Shown piece by piece: positions 29,418 to 40,017 of a stretch of DNA of 64,000 nucleotides (the first letter of the stretch is position 1; the number at the start of each line of letters is the position of its first letter). The notes under the pieces were generated by a model. The model was not told where the DNA came from and searched no databases. It saw only the letters and a program-made list of their open reading frames with translations. Source of the stretch: Gemmatimonadales bacterium (GTDB taxonomy: Bacteria; Gemmatimonadota; Gemmatimonadetes; Gemmatimonadales; GWC2-71-9); NCBI GenBank assembly GCA_965249575.1, contig OZ252244.1:960001-1024000 (forward strand), in the 5' to 3' direction. Position numbers and translations under genes: made by a program.

Positions 29418-30815
29418 ATGTACCGACTTCGGTCCGTCGGGTGGGTCGCTGGGTCCATTGCGCTCGTTGCCGTCCTTCCAGGCATAGCGGGCGCCCAAGC
29501 GAACGAGATGCAAAGTCTGCGCACGCCGAAACTGGGCGGGAGCGACAATATTCATGTGCTATCACACATCCCCCTCGGGGGATGGTCGCAGGTCATGGAC
29601 ATCGAGATGGAGCAGGAGCTGAGCCGCCCGTTCGTGTTCGTGGCTCGCGCCGACTTCCCCTCCCAGGATTCCCCCGTATTCGAGAGCTCAAAAGGCGTCG
29701 ATATCATCAGCATTCGGGATCCCAGTATGGCCGAGGTCATCTATTCCTGGCGTATCGAGGATCAGGAGCTCCACAATCCACTCGGCGGGATGGACAACAA
29801 GTACTTCAAGCTGAACGGGCGCTACTACGACGTGCAGTCGATGCAGTTCTTCCAGGGTGGGCCCGACCTGGACGTCGGTGCGGTGGTGCTCGACGTCACT
29901 AGCCTCCCGGATCCAGCGGGCATTCGCGAGGTGGGCCGTGTTCGCGCAGCTGATACTCCCGGCGGGTTCCACAACATATTCGCCTACAAGCATTCAGACG
30001 GTCGGGTCCTGCTCTTTACGACCACGAATGGGCCGCATGCGAACGTATACGACATGGCTAGATTCGTGGGCGGGGCCTCCGACAACGCGCTCATCGGCCG
30101 CGTCCCCGTACCCGAGACCCAGGGAAGCCCGTTCAGGGCTTATCACGACATGTACGTTGGATACGATCCAGCCACTCGCCAGGACAAATTCTACGGCGCC
30201 GGCCTTTCCGGGTACTACGTATTTGACGTCTCCCAGCCGGATTCACCCGAGTTGATCACATCCATCACGGGCACCGCGGGCATGTTCATCGCCCACACGA
30301 TGACCCCCACCCCGGACGGCCGGTACGTGGTGACTGAGATGGAGTACCAGTACACGCCGCTTCGGATTTTCGACCTCAAGCCAGGACTCGATGGCGAAGT
30401 GAAAACCATCTCGCGTCCAGTGGGAGCGTGGCTAGCATCCTGGGACGGCAACCCGCACAACCACGAAGTGCGTTGGCCGTACGTCTTCGTGTCCGGTTAT
30501 ATGGATGGCCTACAGGTCTTCAACATGATGGACCCAACCAATCCCTACACCGTCGGCTACTATTACGCGTGCGACTGCACGCTGCCAGCCGGGAAGGAAG
30601 GGGCTGGTTTCGTGGGTGGTATGAACGGGAGTTTCGGTGTGGACGTTCGAAACGCCGACGGGTTGATCGTGCTCAGCGATCGGCAGACGGGGTTCTGGAC
30701 GTTCAAGATGGACGGGTTCGACGGGTGGAACGGCCACCAGTGGGGGATGCCAAACGTCTCGTCGGCGCAGGACTGGGATAACGGGCCGGACGGAGCGGCG
30801 GCGCGAGTCAGCTGA
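29418..30815 (+). CDS. secreted LVIVD-repeat beta-propeller protein, paralogue 1
   Basis: Signal peptide; GGFHNIFAY, PHNHEVRWPY, GWNGHQWGMPNVSSAQDWD. Confidence 0.75.
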   Translation: MYRLRSVGWVAGSIALVAVLPGIAGAQANEMQSLRTPKLGGSDNIHVLSHIPLGGWSQVMDIEMEQELSRPFVFVARADFPSQDSPVFESSKGVDIISIRDPSMAEVIYSWRIEDQELHNPLGGMDNKYFKLNGRYYDVQSMQFFQGGPDLDVGAVVLDVTSLPDPAGIREVGRVRAADTPGGFHNIFAYKHSDGRVLLFTTTNGPHANVYDMARFVGGASDNALIGRVPVPETQGSPFRAYHDMYVGYDPATRQDKFYGAGLSGYYVFDVSQPDSPELITSITGTAGMFIAHTMTPTPDGRYVVTEMEYQYTPLRIFDLKPGLDGEVKTISRPVGAWLASWDGNPHNHEVRWPYVFVSGYMDGLQVFNMMDPTNPYTVGYYYACDCTLPAGKEGAGFVGGMNGSFGVDVRNADGLIVLSDRQTGFWTFKMDGFDGWNGHQWGMPNVSSAQDWDNGPDGAAARVS

Positions 30816-30969
30816 AGGCTGGCCCACCCCCTCCCCGCACCACCGAGCGAGCAGCAAAAAAAGGCCCGGCCCACATGCCCTTCGCGAATCTGAGTGGAGT
30901 GGCCTGCTCGCTGCTTACCCTGGTGGGGCAGAACGGGGCGCCCCCGCTTACCCAGACAGGAGACCATTC

Positions 30970-32340
30970 ATGCGAATCGCGATACTCACCGGTATTCTCG
31001 CGTTTACACTACCCCTCGACGCGCAGCAACAGGCCAGGACCCTCAAGGAGCCCCACACTGGCGGCAGCCCGAACATTCACGTGGCTGCCCATGTTCCACT
31101 CGGCGCGGGTGAGACGGTGTCCGACATCGAGATGGAGCAGGAGTTGAGCCGACCATACGTCTATCTGGGTCGGTTCGCCTTCGGGCGCTCCGGCACGCCG
31201 GCTGTGGGGGTCGACGTGGTCGACATTGGGAACCCGGATGCGGCGAAAGTCATCTATCGCTGGCGAATCGAGAATCAAGAGCTGCATCTCGGTGGCGGAC
31301 TCGACAACAAATACTTCAAGCTCCGCGGCCGGTACTACGACGTACAGTCGACGCAGTTCCGACCCGGCGGTCCAGACGGAGAAGTCGGTGCGGTCGTACT
31401 CGACGTTACGGGACTGCCCGACACCAGCGCGGTCCGCGAGGTGAGCCGGATTCACGCTCCCGACACACCGGGCGGCTTTCACAACATCTTCGCCTATAAG
31501 CATTCGGACGGACGAGTGCTGCTCTTCGCAACCACGAACGGGCCCCACGCGAACGTGTACGATATGGAGCGGCTTCTCGCGGGACAGGCCGATCAGGCTT
31601 TGGTTGGCCGCGTGCCGGTTCCCGAGGTCCCCGGTGCCCGCATGCGCGCCTATCACGACTTCTACGTCGGGTACGACCCGGCCACGCGCCAAGACGAGTT
31701 CTACGGCGCCGGCCTATCGGGTTACTTCCTGTTTGACGTTTCCGATCCGGCTGGCCCGGAGCTCATCACGTCGATTACCGGAACAGCGGGGATGTCCATC
31801 GCGCACACCATGACGCCTACGCCGGATGGCCGGTACGTCGTAACGGAAATGGAATACCAGTACACGCCGCTCCGCATTTTTGATCTCAAGCCGGGTCTCG
31901 ACCGCGACGTGGAGACCATCTCGCGCCCCGTCGGAGCCTGGCTCGCCTCGTGGGATGGCAACCCACACAATCACGAGGTGCGCTGGCCGTACGTGTTCGT
32001 CTCCGGATACATGGACGGGCTACAGGTGTTCAACATGATGGATCCCTCGAACCCGTACACCGTGGGCTACTACTACACGTGTGGCTGCTTGCTGCCCGAG
32101 GGGGCAGGTGGCGCCGGCGCCGTGGGTGGCATGGACGGGGCCTGGGGCGTCGACGTGAGGAATGCCGACGGCATGATCACTATCAGTGATCTGCGGACCG
32201 GCTTCTGGGCGTTCAAGATGGACGGCTTCGACGGCTGGAACGGACACCAGTGGGGGATGCCGAACGTGTCCTCGGCCCAAGACTGGGATAACGGGCCCGA
32301 CGGGGTGCCGGGGCCGACGCGCGTGAGCGCGCTGGAGTGA
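30970..32340 (+). CDS. secreted LVIVD-repeat protein, paralogue 2
   Basis: Collinear with paralogue 1. Confidence 0.75.
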   Translation: MRIAILTGILAFTLPLDAQQQARTLKEPHTGGSPNIHVAAHVPLGAGETVSDIEMEQELSRPYVYLGRFAFGRSGTPAVGVDVVDIGNPDAAKVIYRWRIENQELHLGGGLDNKYFKLRGRYYDVQSTQFRPGGPDGEVGAVVLDVTGLPDTSAVREVSRIHAPDTPGGFHNIFAYKHSDGRVLLFATTNGPHANVYDMERLLAGQADQALVGRVPVPEVPGARMRAYHDFYVGYDPATRQDEFYGAGLSGYFLFDVSDPAGPELITSITGTAGMSIAHTMTPTPDGRYVVTEMEYQYTPLRIFDLKPGLDRDVETISRPVGAWLASWDGNPHNHEVRWPYVFVSGYMDGLQVFNMMDPSNPYTVGYYYTCGCLLPEGAGGAGAVGGMDGAWGVDVRNADGMITISDLRTGFWAFKMDGFDGWNGHQWGMPNVSSAQDWDNGPDGVPGPTRVSALE

Positions 32341-32402
32341 GCGGGACCCTTCCCCTCCCAGCCCAGGGAAACGGGTGGACTTCACTTCATGGAGATATGC
32401 AC

Positions 32403-33767
32403 ATGGCGCAACGCAAGATCGGAACCACAATCGCATCTCTCGTACTGCTCGCCATCATCGCGGGGCCACTGTCGGCGCAGGAGAGCGTCATGAAGAGCCT
32501 GCGGGAACCCCACATCGGTGGGAGCCGGAACGTGCACGTACTGTCGCACATTCCCCTCGGTGGCCCCGGCACCACGGCCGATATCGAGATGGAGCAGGAG
32601 CTGTCCCGACCATACGTCTACGTCTCCCGGCGGCTCGTCCCGTCGGGCGTCGACATGATCAGCATCAAGGATCCCGACCACGCCGAGATCATTTATTCAT
32701 GGCGGATCGAGAACCCGGGGCTTCATCGCGGCGCAGGCTCCGTCGACAACAAGTACTTCAAGTCGCGGGGAAGGTACTACGACATCCAGGCGGTTCAATT
32801 CCGGGCCGGGGGTCCGGACACCGACTTGGGCGCCATCGTCTTCGACGTTACCGGGCTCCCGGATCCCTCGGCGGTGCGGGAGGTCGCGCGAATCCGCACG
32901 CCAGAGCGGCCGGGAGGATTTCATAACATCTACGCCTATAAACACTCTGACGGCCGGCCACTTTTGTTCGCCACCACACAGGGCGCGACCGCCTATGTCT
33001 TCGATCTCGACCGCGTCGTGGCGGGCGAGGGGCGTCGGGCGCTCGCGGGTCAGGTCCCGATACCCCAGCCCGACCAACCCTCCCGCCGAGGGTATCACGA
33101 CTTTTACGTCGGGTATGATCCGGCGAGCCGGCAGGATCGGTTTTACGGCGCGGGTTTGGGTGGTTACCACGTCTACGACGTGACATCGCTCGAGGACCCC
33201 AAGCTCCTCGTGTCGCTGACCGGAATCGCCGGAATAACGAACGGCCACACGTTCACGCCGACTCCGGACGGACGCTACTCCATCACGGAGGTAGAGTACC
33301 AGTACTCGCCGCTCCGCCTGTTCGATCTCAAGCCCGGGCTGGACGGCGAGCGGAGAACCATTTCCCGTCCCGTCGGCGCATGGGCCGCTTCGTGGGACGG
33401 GAACGCCCACAACCACGAAGTGCGGTGGCCCTATGTGTTCGTATCGGGCTACATGGACGGTTTGCAGGTGTTCAACATGATGGACCCGACCAACCCGTAC
33501 ACCGTGGGCTACTACTACACGTGCGACTGTATCCTCCCGGCCGGAGCAGCGGGCGCCGGTCAGGTAGGCGGGATGGACGGCGCGTGGGGTGTCGATGTCA
33601 GAAACGCGGACGGCATGGTGGTGCTCAGCGATCTCAAGACCGGTTTTTGGGCGTTCAAGATGGACGGTTTCGACGGTTGGAACGGCCACCAGTGGGGGAT
33701 GCCCAACGTGTCCTCGGCCCAAGATTGGGATAATGGGCCGGTAGAGGCGTCGTCGCAGGTGAGTTAA
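32403..33767 (+). CDS. secreted LVIVD-repeat protein, paralogue 3
   Basis: Collinear with paralogues 1 and 2. Confidence 0.75.
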   Translation: MAQRKIGTTIASLVLLAIIAGPLSAQESVMKSLREPHIGGSRNVHVLSHIPLGGPGTTADIEMEQELSRPYVYVSRRLVPSGVDMISIKDPDHAEIIYSWRIENPGLHRGAGSVDNKYFKSRGRYYDIQAVQFRAGGPDTDLGAIVFDVTGLPDPSAVREVARIRTPERPGGFHNIYAYKHSDGRPLLFATTQGATAYVFDLDRVVAGEGRRALAGQVPIPQPDQPSRRGYHDFYVGYDPASRQDRFYGAGLGGYHVYDVTSLEDPKLLVSLTGIAGITNGHTFTPTPDGRYSITEVEYQYSPLRLFDLKPGLDGERRTISRPVGAWAASWDGNAHNHEVRWPYVFVSGYMDGLQVFNMMDPTNPYTVGYYYTCDCILPAGAAGAGQVGGMDGAWGVDVRNADGMVVLSDLKTGFWAFKMDGFDGWNGHQWGMPNVSSAQDWDNGPVEASSQVS

Positions 33768-33854
33768 CAGGCGGCAGGTTCCAGGTGCCAGGCGCCAGGT
33801 GACACCCCTGTCCCCACTGGTACCTGGAACCTGAAACCCGACACCCGAGTTCGG

Positions 33855-35427
33855 TCAGGCCATCATCTCCGGCAAGTGCGTCCGCCACCAACTGGCGGCG
33901 CGATCGCGATCCCAGGAATCGGAATCGTTGACCGCGGCGAGTCGTTCGAGCACGTCGGCGGCGCTGGGCGGCCGGTTCTCGCGCTTCTTCTCGAGGCACT
34001 CGAGGATGAGCTGGTCGAGCGCCGCTGGAACCTCCAGCTCCGTCTGCTGGGATGGGGGAACCGGTGCCTCGTTGACGTGCGCCAGAACGACCTTCATCGC
34101 GTTGTTCCCCTCGAAGACATAGCGACCGGTCAGGAGCCAGTACGCCACGCACCCCAACGCGTAGAGATCCGCGCGGCCGTCGATCGTGGGCTCTCCTAAC
34201 GCGATCTCCGGCGCCATGAAGGCTGGCGTGCCGGCGGCGGTGTTTGCCGCCGTGAGCTGTGTCTGCGCCCCTTCGCCCCTGTTCAACTTGACCAGCCCGA
34301 AGTCGAGCACCTTGACGAAATCACACTGCAACCCCACGCGACAGATATAGATGTTCGCAGGCTTGATGTCCCGGTGCACGAGACCGTTGTGGTGTGCCTC
34401 TGCTAGCGACTCGCATACCTGGCGGAGGAAATACAGGATTCTCGGATACGGAACCGGCCCGTGCTTCTCCACCAGGTTCTGCAGGTCGAGGCCGCGAAGG
34501 AGCTCCATCACGTAGTAGAGCGTTCCCTCGCTCGTGACGCCGAACTCGTGCAGCTCGACCGTGTTTGGTGAAGAGAGCGCAGCGGTCGCCTGCGCCTCCC
34601 GCTCAAAACCGCCGGATGATCTGCTGCTTTTCCTCACCGCTGTCGCCCAGCGCCTCGGGTCGAATCAGCTTGACGGCTGCCGGACGAGCGAGCAGATGGT
34701 GTTCGGCCCTCCACACCTCGCCCATGCCGCCCTGGCCGAGCCGGTCGACGAGCCGGTAACTCCCCATCTGCCTCGCCCGGCTCACGTCGGTGCCGAGACC
34801 GTAGATGATGCGCGAGGCAAACACTGCTATCCCGACAGAGATGTAGTTGGGGAAGATGAGCTGAAACAGCACCGGCCCTGCCGGCAACTCGGAACCCTGC
34901 GCCGCCAGGAGTAAGTACGCGAACGGACGCATCGACGCCGCGCCCATGGCGGCGAGGAAGGTCTTGCCGGGCGTAGAGGGCACGATCAGCGTGAAGAACA
35001 CCATCCACACGCAGACCCAGGAGATCCCGTTCACCTGGGTGACGTCAGCGACGCCGGCCCTCCAGAAGAGGATGGGGATCTCGATGCCAGCCGCCGCGAT
35101 CACCTCGTATATGAGGCCAAGATCCAGGAGGAGCAATGCCGGAATCCGGGTGCCCCGCACGGCAAAGTAGACGCCTAGCGAAAAAACGATAAACGCCGCG
35201 GCGACAACGTCGTGCGACCACGTCATCTCGCCCGGGAGGACGTGCAGCGTGGACACCCGGCTGGATCCGTATGCCAGCAGATACACGGTGGCGTACACGA
35301 GGGCCGCCACCCCCAGACGGTGCGATGCCTTGCGGACGAGATCCGGCGGGAGCCCATGCGACACCGCGCGGGAGTCGATGGCGCCCGTGAACAGCGGATC
35401 GGTCTTTCGGTGGATTTCGCGATTCAT
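33855..35427 (-). pseudogene. membrane-anchored Ser/Thr protein kinase with a single frameshift at ~34607
   Basis: Transmembrane N-terminus, GQGGMGEV, AVKL...RRF, then EREA, HRDIKPAN, DFG, APE in another frame; one extra T in CGGTTTTGAG. Confidence 0.85.
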
Positions 35428-35475
35428 GCAGTACGCTGCGACTTGCTGGCCAGGATGACATACCGCGCCGTTGCT

Positions 35476-36531
35476 TCAGCCATCATCTCCATCCCGTGCC
35501 CCTGCGACGTCGAGCAATCGCAGGTGGGCTCGTCGCAGCGACCAGAGTCCAAACGCGCTGATGCTCACGAAACTCAGGAAGTGATACCCTATCGCGTACG
35601 AGACGGCACCCACCCTGTCTACGCCGTAGAGCTCGAGGGCCAGTCGGCTGGCCGCCTCGAACGGCCCGAAGAACCCCGGCGAAGACGGCAGGGCCACACC
35701 GAAGCTCACGAATCCGTTCAACAGCAAGGCCGACCCCACCGGTGCGTCGATGTTGAACGCCAATAGACCGAACCAGAACGACAGCGTGTTAACGGCCCAA
35801 GCCAAAACCGTCCACCAGAGCACTCGAACTACTTGCCCCGGGTTGCGAAGCACACCAAAGCCAGCGATCGCCCCGCGCACGACTGCTGCCCCTTTTTCCT
35901 CCCAACGGCGAGGAAGGAGCCAGCGAACGAGGCGGGTCGCCGCCCGCGCCGTGCGCTCGGGAGCTGCCGCCGCAACCACGGAGACGAACAGAAGGCAGCC
36001 GGCCAGGAGGCCCAATCCGCGCACGATGACCAGCACCGCGGTGCCCTGCCCCGCGCTCAACTCGACCTCCCCTCCGAGGAATGGAATCGCGAGTAGGCCC
36101 AGAATGATGGCGGCATCTAGCGATCGCTCCAGCACTGTAGCCGCCGTCACGGTACTCAGTGGCACGCCAGTCAGGCGGGCGCCAGCGTAGAGCCGGGCGA
36201 CCTCGCCGACCCTGGCGGGAATGATGTTGTTCGCTAACGCACCGATCGCGCTCGCGTGCCAGAGCGGCATCACCCCGGGACGCCGATCGCCCGTGCGGAG
36301 CACGGCGGACCATCGAATCGCCCGCACGAATAGCTGCAGCACGGCGGTCGCCGTCATGGCGAGTAGCGGCAGTGGCCTGGCGGCGCGGAGGTGCGCGATC
36401 ACCTCGCGCGCCGAAACGTCGCGGAGCACCCACCAGAGCAACAGCACGGTAACCGCTAGTCCCAGGATTGAGATCGTACGGGAAAAGCCAGTACGGGACG
36501 CGCGTCGCGAGGTCACCTCGGCCCAGTCCAC
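35476..36531 (-). CDS. lysylphosphatidylglycerol synthase TM / UPF0104 flippase-like protein
   Basis: NNIIPARVGE, ERSLD, LPSSPGFFGPFE. Confidence 0.85.
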   Translation of the reverse strand: MDWAEVTSRRASRTGFSRTISILGLAVTVLLLWWVLRDVSAREVIAHLRAARPLPLLAMTATAVLQLFVRAIRWSAVLRTGDRRPGVMPLWHASAIGALANNIIPARVGEVARLYAGARLTGVPLSTVTAATVLERSLDAAIILGLLAIPFLGGEVELSAGQGTAVLVIVRGLGLLAGCLLFVSVVAAAAPERTARAATRLVRWLLPRRWEEKGAAVVRGAIAGFGVLRNPGQVVRVLWWTVLAWAVNTLSFWFGLLAFNIDAPVGSALLLNGFVSFGVALPSSPGFFGPFEAASRLALELYGVDRVGAVSYAIGYHFLSFVSISAFGLWSLRRAHLRLLDVAGARDGDDG

Positions 36532-36597
36532 TCAAGAAAGGTCGCGGGAGGCGTGAGTGTGGGTGTCGCGAACGGTTGGGTTATTCGCATCGCCAGT

Positions 36598-37941
36598 TCA
36601 GACGCCTCCCACCGCCCGGAACACGTCGGTGAGGAGCCACCAGATTCCCACCGTGAGGATCGCGCCGGGTATTACGTAGCGAAGCCACCGGTACAGCCAG
36701 AGCGGTGCCGGTCCGCCGCCGGGAGCTGACAGCGCCGCGAGGGCGTCGGCCCGATGCAATGACCAGCCAACCGTTACCACGGCGAGCAGTGACCCCAGAG
36801 TCTGCATTCCCGAGCCGAAGATGAGGTCCCACGGGACGAAGATGCCCATGTTCGCCGTGGGAGGGACCGAGAGCACGAACACCGCCCCGGCCATGATCCA
36901 AATCGCTTGCCGCCGCGCAAGACCGGTGTTGTCAGTGATCCCAACGACCAACACCTCGAAGGCGGCGATTACGGACAGGTACGCCGCGCTGAAGAGCCCA
37001 CAAAAGAACAGCAGTCCAAAGAGCCATCCGCCCGGGATGCGGTCGAAGACTGCCGGCAATGTAGAAAAGGTGAGTCCGGGACCGCTGGCCGGCTCGAAGC
37101 CCAGAGCAAAGACCGCCGGAAAGATCGCCAGCCCCGCGAGCAGCCCGGCCGTCGTGTCGCCGGCTGCGGTCCAAATCGCATTGAAGCGAATGTCGTCTTC
37201 ACGGTTGAGATACGACCCGTAAGCCACCATGAACGTGCCGCCAAGGGACAGAGAGAAGATCGCCTGGCCCATGGCCGCGAGCATCACCCTCGGGGTCAGG
37301 TCGGCGAAGTCGAACTTGAAGATGTACCAGCGCACTCCTTCCGCGGCCCCCGGCAGGGTCAGCGACCGGACGATCAAGATGAGAAGAACGACAAAGAGCC
37401 CCTGCACGATGACCTTGCTCACCGATTCGATGCCGGCGCGGAGGCCGCGGACCAGCACCGCCACACAGGCGAGGATCACGAGGCCCGTGCAGACGAGCTG
37501 CAGGACGAAAGAACGAGGCTCGAACCCCGTTGCGGGTGGCAAGATAGAGGACGATTGCCACGGGAATTGCGCGGAGCGCGCGATCTCGCCGGCGGCGTAG
37601 TACAGCACCCAGCCGACGACCGCCGTGTAGTATGCCGCGGCCGCGGTGAGGACGAAGAACAGGAACCACCCCACCTGGCGACCGAATGGAAGCCCCCCCC
37701 GCGCGAAGGCACCGACCGTTCCCTTACGCGTGTGCCGACCGAGAGTCCACTCCGCCATTAGGGCCGGAATTCCGATGACGATCACCACCAACACGTAGAA
37801 GGCGACGAACGCCGCACCGCCGAACTGGCCCACCATGTAGGGGAACCGCCAGACGTTGCCCAGGCCAACCGCAACGCCGATCATCGTCATGACGAGACCG
37901 AACGTGGACCCGAATGTCTCCCGGTTCTTGACGGAACTCAC
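36598..37941 (-). CDS. sodium-dependent transporter (NSS/SNF family)
   Basis: GVAVGLGNVWRFPY, GQAIFSLSLG, GPGLTF. Confidence 0.93.
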   Translation of the reverse strand: MSSVKNRETFGSTFGLVMTMIGVAVGLGNVWRFPYMVGQFGGAAFVAFYVLVVIVIGIPALMAEWTLGRHTRKGTVGAFARGGLPFGRQVGWFLFFVLTAAAAYYTAVVGWVLYYAAGEIARSAQFPWQSSSILPPATGFEPRSFVLQLVCTGLVILACVAVLVRGLRAGIESVSKVIVQGLFVVLLILIVRSLTLPGAAEGVRWYIFKFDFADLTPRVMLAAMGQAIFSLSLGGTFMVAYGSYLNREDDIRFNAIWTAAGDTTAGLLAGLAIFPAVFALGFEPASGPGLTFSTLPAVFDRIPGGWLFGLLFFCGLFSAAYLSVIAAFEVLVVGITDNTGLARRQAIWIMAGAVFVLSVPPTANMGIFVPWDLIFGSGMQTLGSLLAVVTVGWSLHRADALAALSAPGGGPAPLWLYRWLRYVIPGAILTVGIWWLLTDVFRAVGGV

Positions 37942-37949
37942 GAGAGATT

Positions 37950-37968
37950 TACTTTGTAGTGCAAAGTA
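37950..37968. promoter_or_regulatory. palindromic operator-like site TACTTTG-N5-CAAAGTA
   Basis: Perfect 7-bp inverted repeat in an AT-rich divergent intergenic region. Confidence 0.5.
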
Positions 37969-38137
37969 CTTGATACTGCTTAGGCATGTGGCTCGTAAGG
38001 GCTGGAATCGGTAGGGCGGTCGCGGCGGGCGATCCGCGCCGATCGCAAGGCCGCAATGTCGATCCGGGATGGCGAGATGTCCAGGGCAGACTCAAGACAG
38101 AGCACGCCGCCCGCAGCTGTGACACGAAGAGGTGCCG

Positions 38138-38815
38138 ATGAGTTTTGGACTGGCGATCATGCTGCTGGCCACCGTCGGGTTGTTATCGCTGTCGGTCGCA
38201 ACCGTTCGCGCCATCGCGATGAGCCGGATGCGCCGCGCCCGCGCGACCGGGCGGGCCGCTGTCACCCTGCTAAGTGTATACGGTGCCATCCTGCTCGCCG
38301 TCTCGCTTGGCAGCGAGCGGCGCGTTCTCGGGCTCAACGAGCCGAAGCGATTCTGCGGGTTCTACATCGACTGCCATGTAATGGTGTCGGTGACCGGCGT
38401 CGATGAAACGAGAGCACTGGGAAACCGCGAGGGGGTCGTCACCCCACAAGGATCGTTCTACCTGGTAACGCTCACCATCTCCAGCGATGCGAGGCGTGCA
38501 CCGATGCGGCTGGACGATCCAGAGATCGTAGTCGAGGACCCCGCTGGCCGCCGGTTCCCACGGTCGGCCGCGGGCCAGCGCGCGCTCGAATACACTCGGG
38601 GCCCGCAGCCCGACCCAAATCAAGTCGTAGAGGCCGGCGCCAGCTACAGTACCACCTTGGTGTTCGAGGTGCCCGAACAGGTCTCCGAGCCGACGCTGAT
38701 TGTGCGTGAGTGTCACTGGCTCACTCGGCTCTCCGAGCTGTTCCTCATTGGCGACGAAGACAGCCTGCTCCACGAGCCGGCTGTCTTCGCGCTCAGCTTC
38801 CCGTCCAGGGGGTAG
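38138..38815 (+). CDS. membrane-anchored DUF4352-like protein
   Basis: Two N-terminal transmembrane helices; FYLVTLTI...TTLVFEVP. Confidence 0.55.
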   Translation: MSFGLAIMLLATVGLLSLSVATVRAIAMSRMRRARATGRAAVTLLSVYGAILLAVSLGSERRVLGLNEPKRFCGFYIDCHVMVSVTGVDETRALGNREGVVTPQGSFYLVTLTISSDARRAPMRLDDPEIVVEDPAGRRFPRSAAGQRALEYTRGPQPDPNQVVEAGASYSTTLVFEVPEQVSEPTLIVRECHWLTRLSELFLIGDEDSLLHEPAVFALSFPSRG

Positions 38816-39628
38816 CTAGGGCTTCCGAGCTTCAATGAATGCGCCAACTACCTCGCCGCCACCAGGGTCGGTGGACTGGCAACAGCCGCTGGACGACCCG
38901 TCGTCCGCCGTGGGTGTCCCGGTAGATCGGTAGACATGCGTTGGCCTGATCGCGATATCCTCAAAGCCGGCCTCTTCCAGGTAGCCCCTGAACTCGTCTT
39001 CCGAAAGCGCCCCTGCTATGCAACCGACCCACCTCTCGGTGTCGCGTCGAACCTCCTCGGGCAGGTTCCCCCGGACGATGATGTCGGACACCGTGAACCG
39101 CCCGCCACGCCGAAGCACCCGAAAGGCCTCTCGGAGCACCCGCGGCTTATCCGCCGACAGGTTAATCACGTAGTTCGACAGCACGATGTCGACCGATTCG
39201 TCAGGCAGAGGCACGTTCTCGATCTCGCCCCTCAGGAACTCGATGTTCTGGACGCCTGCCTGGCGCTGGTTCGTGCGCGCCAACTGGAGCATCTCGTCGG
39301 TCATGTCCAGCCCGTACACCTTCCCACCGAGCCCAACAGCCTTTGCGGCGAGAAACGCGTCGATCCCGCCGCCGGACCCCAGGTCGAGGACAGTCTCGCC
39401 GAGCTGGAGCCGGGCTCCAGCTGTCGGATTCCCGCTGCCCAGCGAGGCGGCCACGGCAGCTCTCGGGATGTCCGCCACCTCGGCGACGCCGTACGACCCG
39501 CCTGGCGCCGCGCCGCACCCGCACTCCGCCGACCCACAGCAGGAAGTTCCGACATTCCCCTCCGTGAATTGGCGAGCGACTTCGCCGTACTTCCGCTGGA
39601 CGGCATCCTTAATTGCATCGTCTTTCAT
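38816..39628 (-). CDS. arsM: arsenite methyltransferase homologue with two Cys substitutions
   Basis: VLDLGSGGGID, GLDMTDEML, WVGCIAGAL; directly downstream of arsR. Confidence 0.85.
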   Translation of the reverse strand: MKDDAIKDAVQRKYGEVARQFTEGNVGTSCCGSAECGCGAAPGGSYGVAEVADIPRAAVAASLGSGNPTAGARLQLGETVLDLGSGGGIDAFLAAKAVGLGGKVYGLDMTDEMLQLARTNQRQAGVQNIEFLRGEIENVPLPDESVDIVLSNYVINLSADKPRVLREAFRVLRRGGRFTVSDIIVRGNLPEEVRRDTERWVGCIAGALSEDEFRGYLEEAGFEDIAIRPTHVYRSTGTPTADDGSSSGCCQSTDPGGGEVVGAFIEARKP

Positions 39629-39646
39629 GCTTCGCCCCCGAGTTAA

Positions 39647-39662
39647 ATCAATATTTATTGAT
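39647..39662. promoter_or_regulatory. ArsR-type operator ATCAA-N6-TTGAT
   Basis: ATCAATATTTATTGAT between arsR and arsM. Confidence 0.7.
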
Positions 39663-39679
39663 GTAAATGGACAAAAAAC

Positions 39680-40006
39680 TCAGCAGCAGCCGGAGTCCGC
39701 ATCCCCGCCAGGCGGCAGCGGCTTGAGACCCCCGATCACGCCCGCCGCAACTTCGAGGGCCTGCGGGGCGATCGAGTAGTACACCCAGCGTCCCGCTCGC
39801 CGATCCCGAATGAGCCCCGCCTCCTTCAGGGTCTTGAGATGAAAGGAAAGCCTGGACTGCGCGGCACCAAGCACTCCGGTCAGCTCACACACGCACCGCT
39901 CGCCACCACGGAGCTGCTCGAGAATCCGTAGGCGCGTTTCGTCCGAAAACGCATGGAAGAGGCGCGCCGTCTGGGGCCTCCCGCTGGCAATCGCTGTTGC
40001 TGGCAT
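39680..40006 (-). CDS. arsR: ArsR/SmtB metalloregulator
   Basis: DETRLRIL, ERCVCEL, SRLSFHLKTLKEAGL; C-terminal CC. Confidence 0.9.
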   Translation of the reverse strand: MPATAIASGRPQTARLFHAFSDETRLRILEQLRGGERCVCELTGVLGAAQSRLSFHLKTLKEAGLIRDRRAGRWVYYSIAPQALEVAAGVIGGLKPLPPGGDADSGCC

Positions 40007-40017
40007 GACTTGAATAT

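Noticed and set aside
30845..30915. Possible riboswitch between LVIVD paralogues 1 and 2
   Set aside because: Some complementarity, but no recognisable aptamer consensus.
29418..33767. LVIVD trio as a diversity-generating retroelement target
   Set aside because: No reverse transcriptase and no adenine-specific template/variable repeat pair; differences look like ordinary paralogue divergence.
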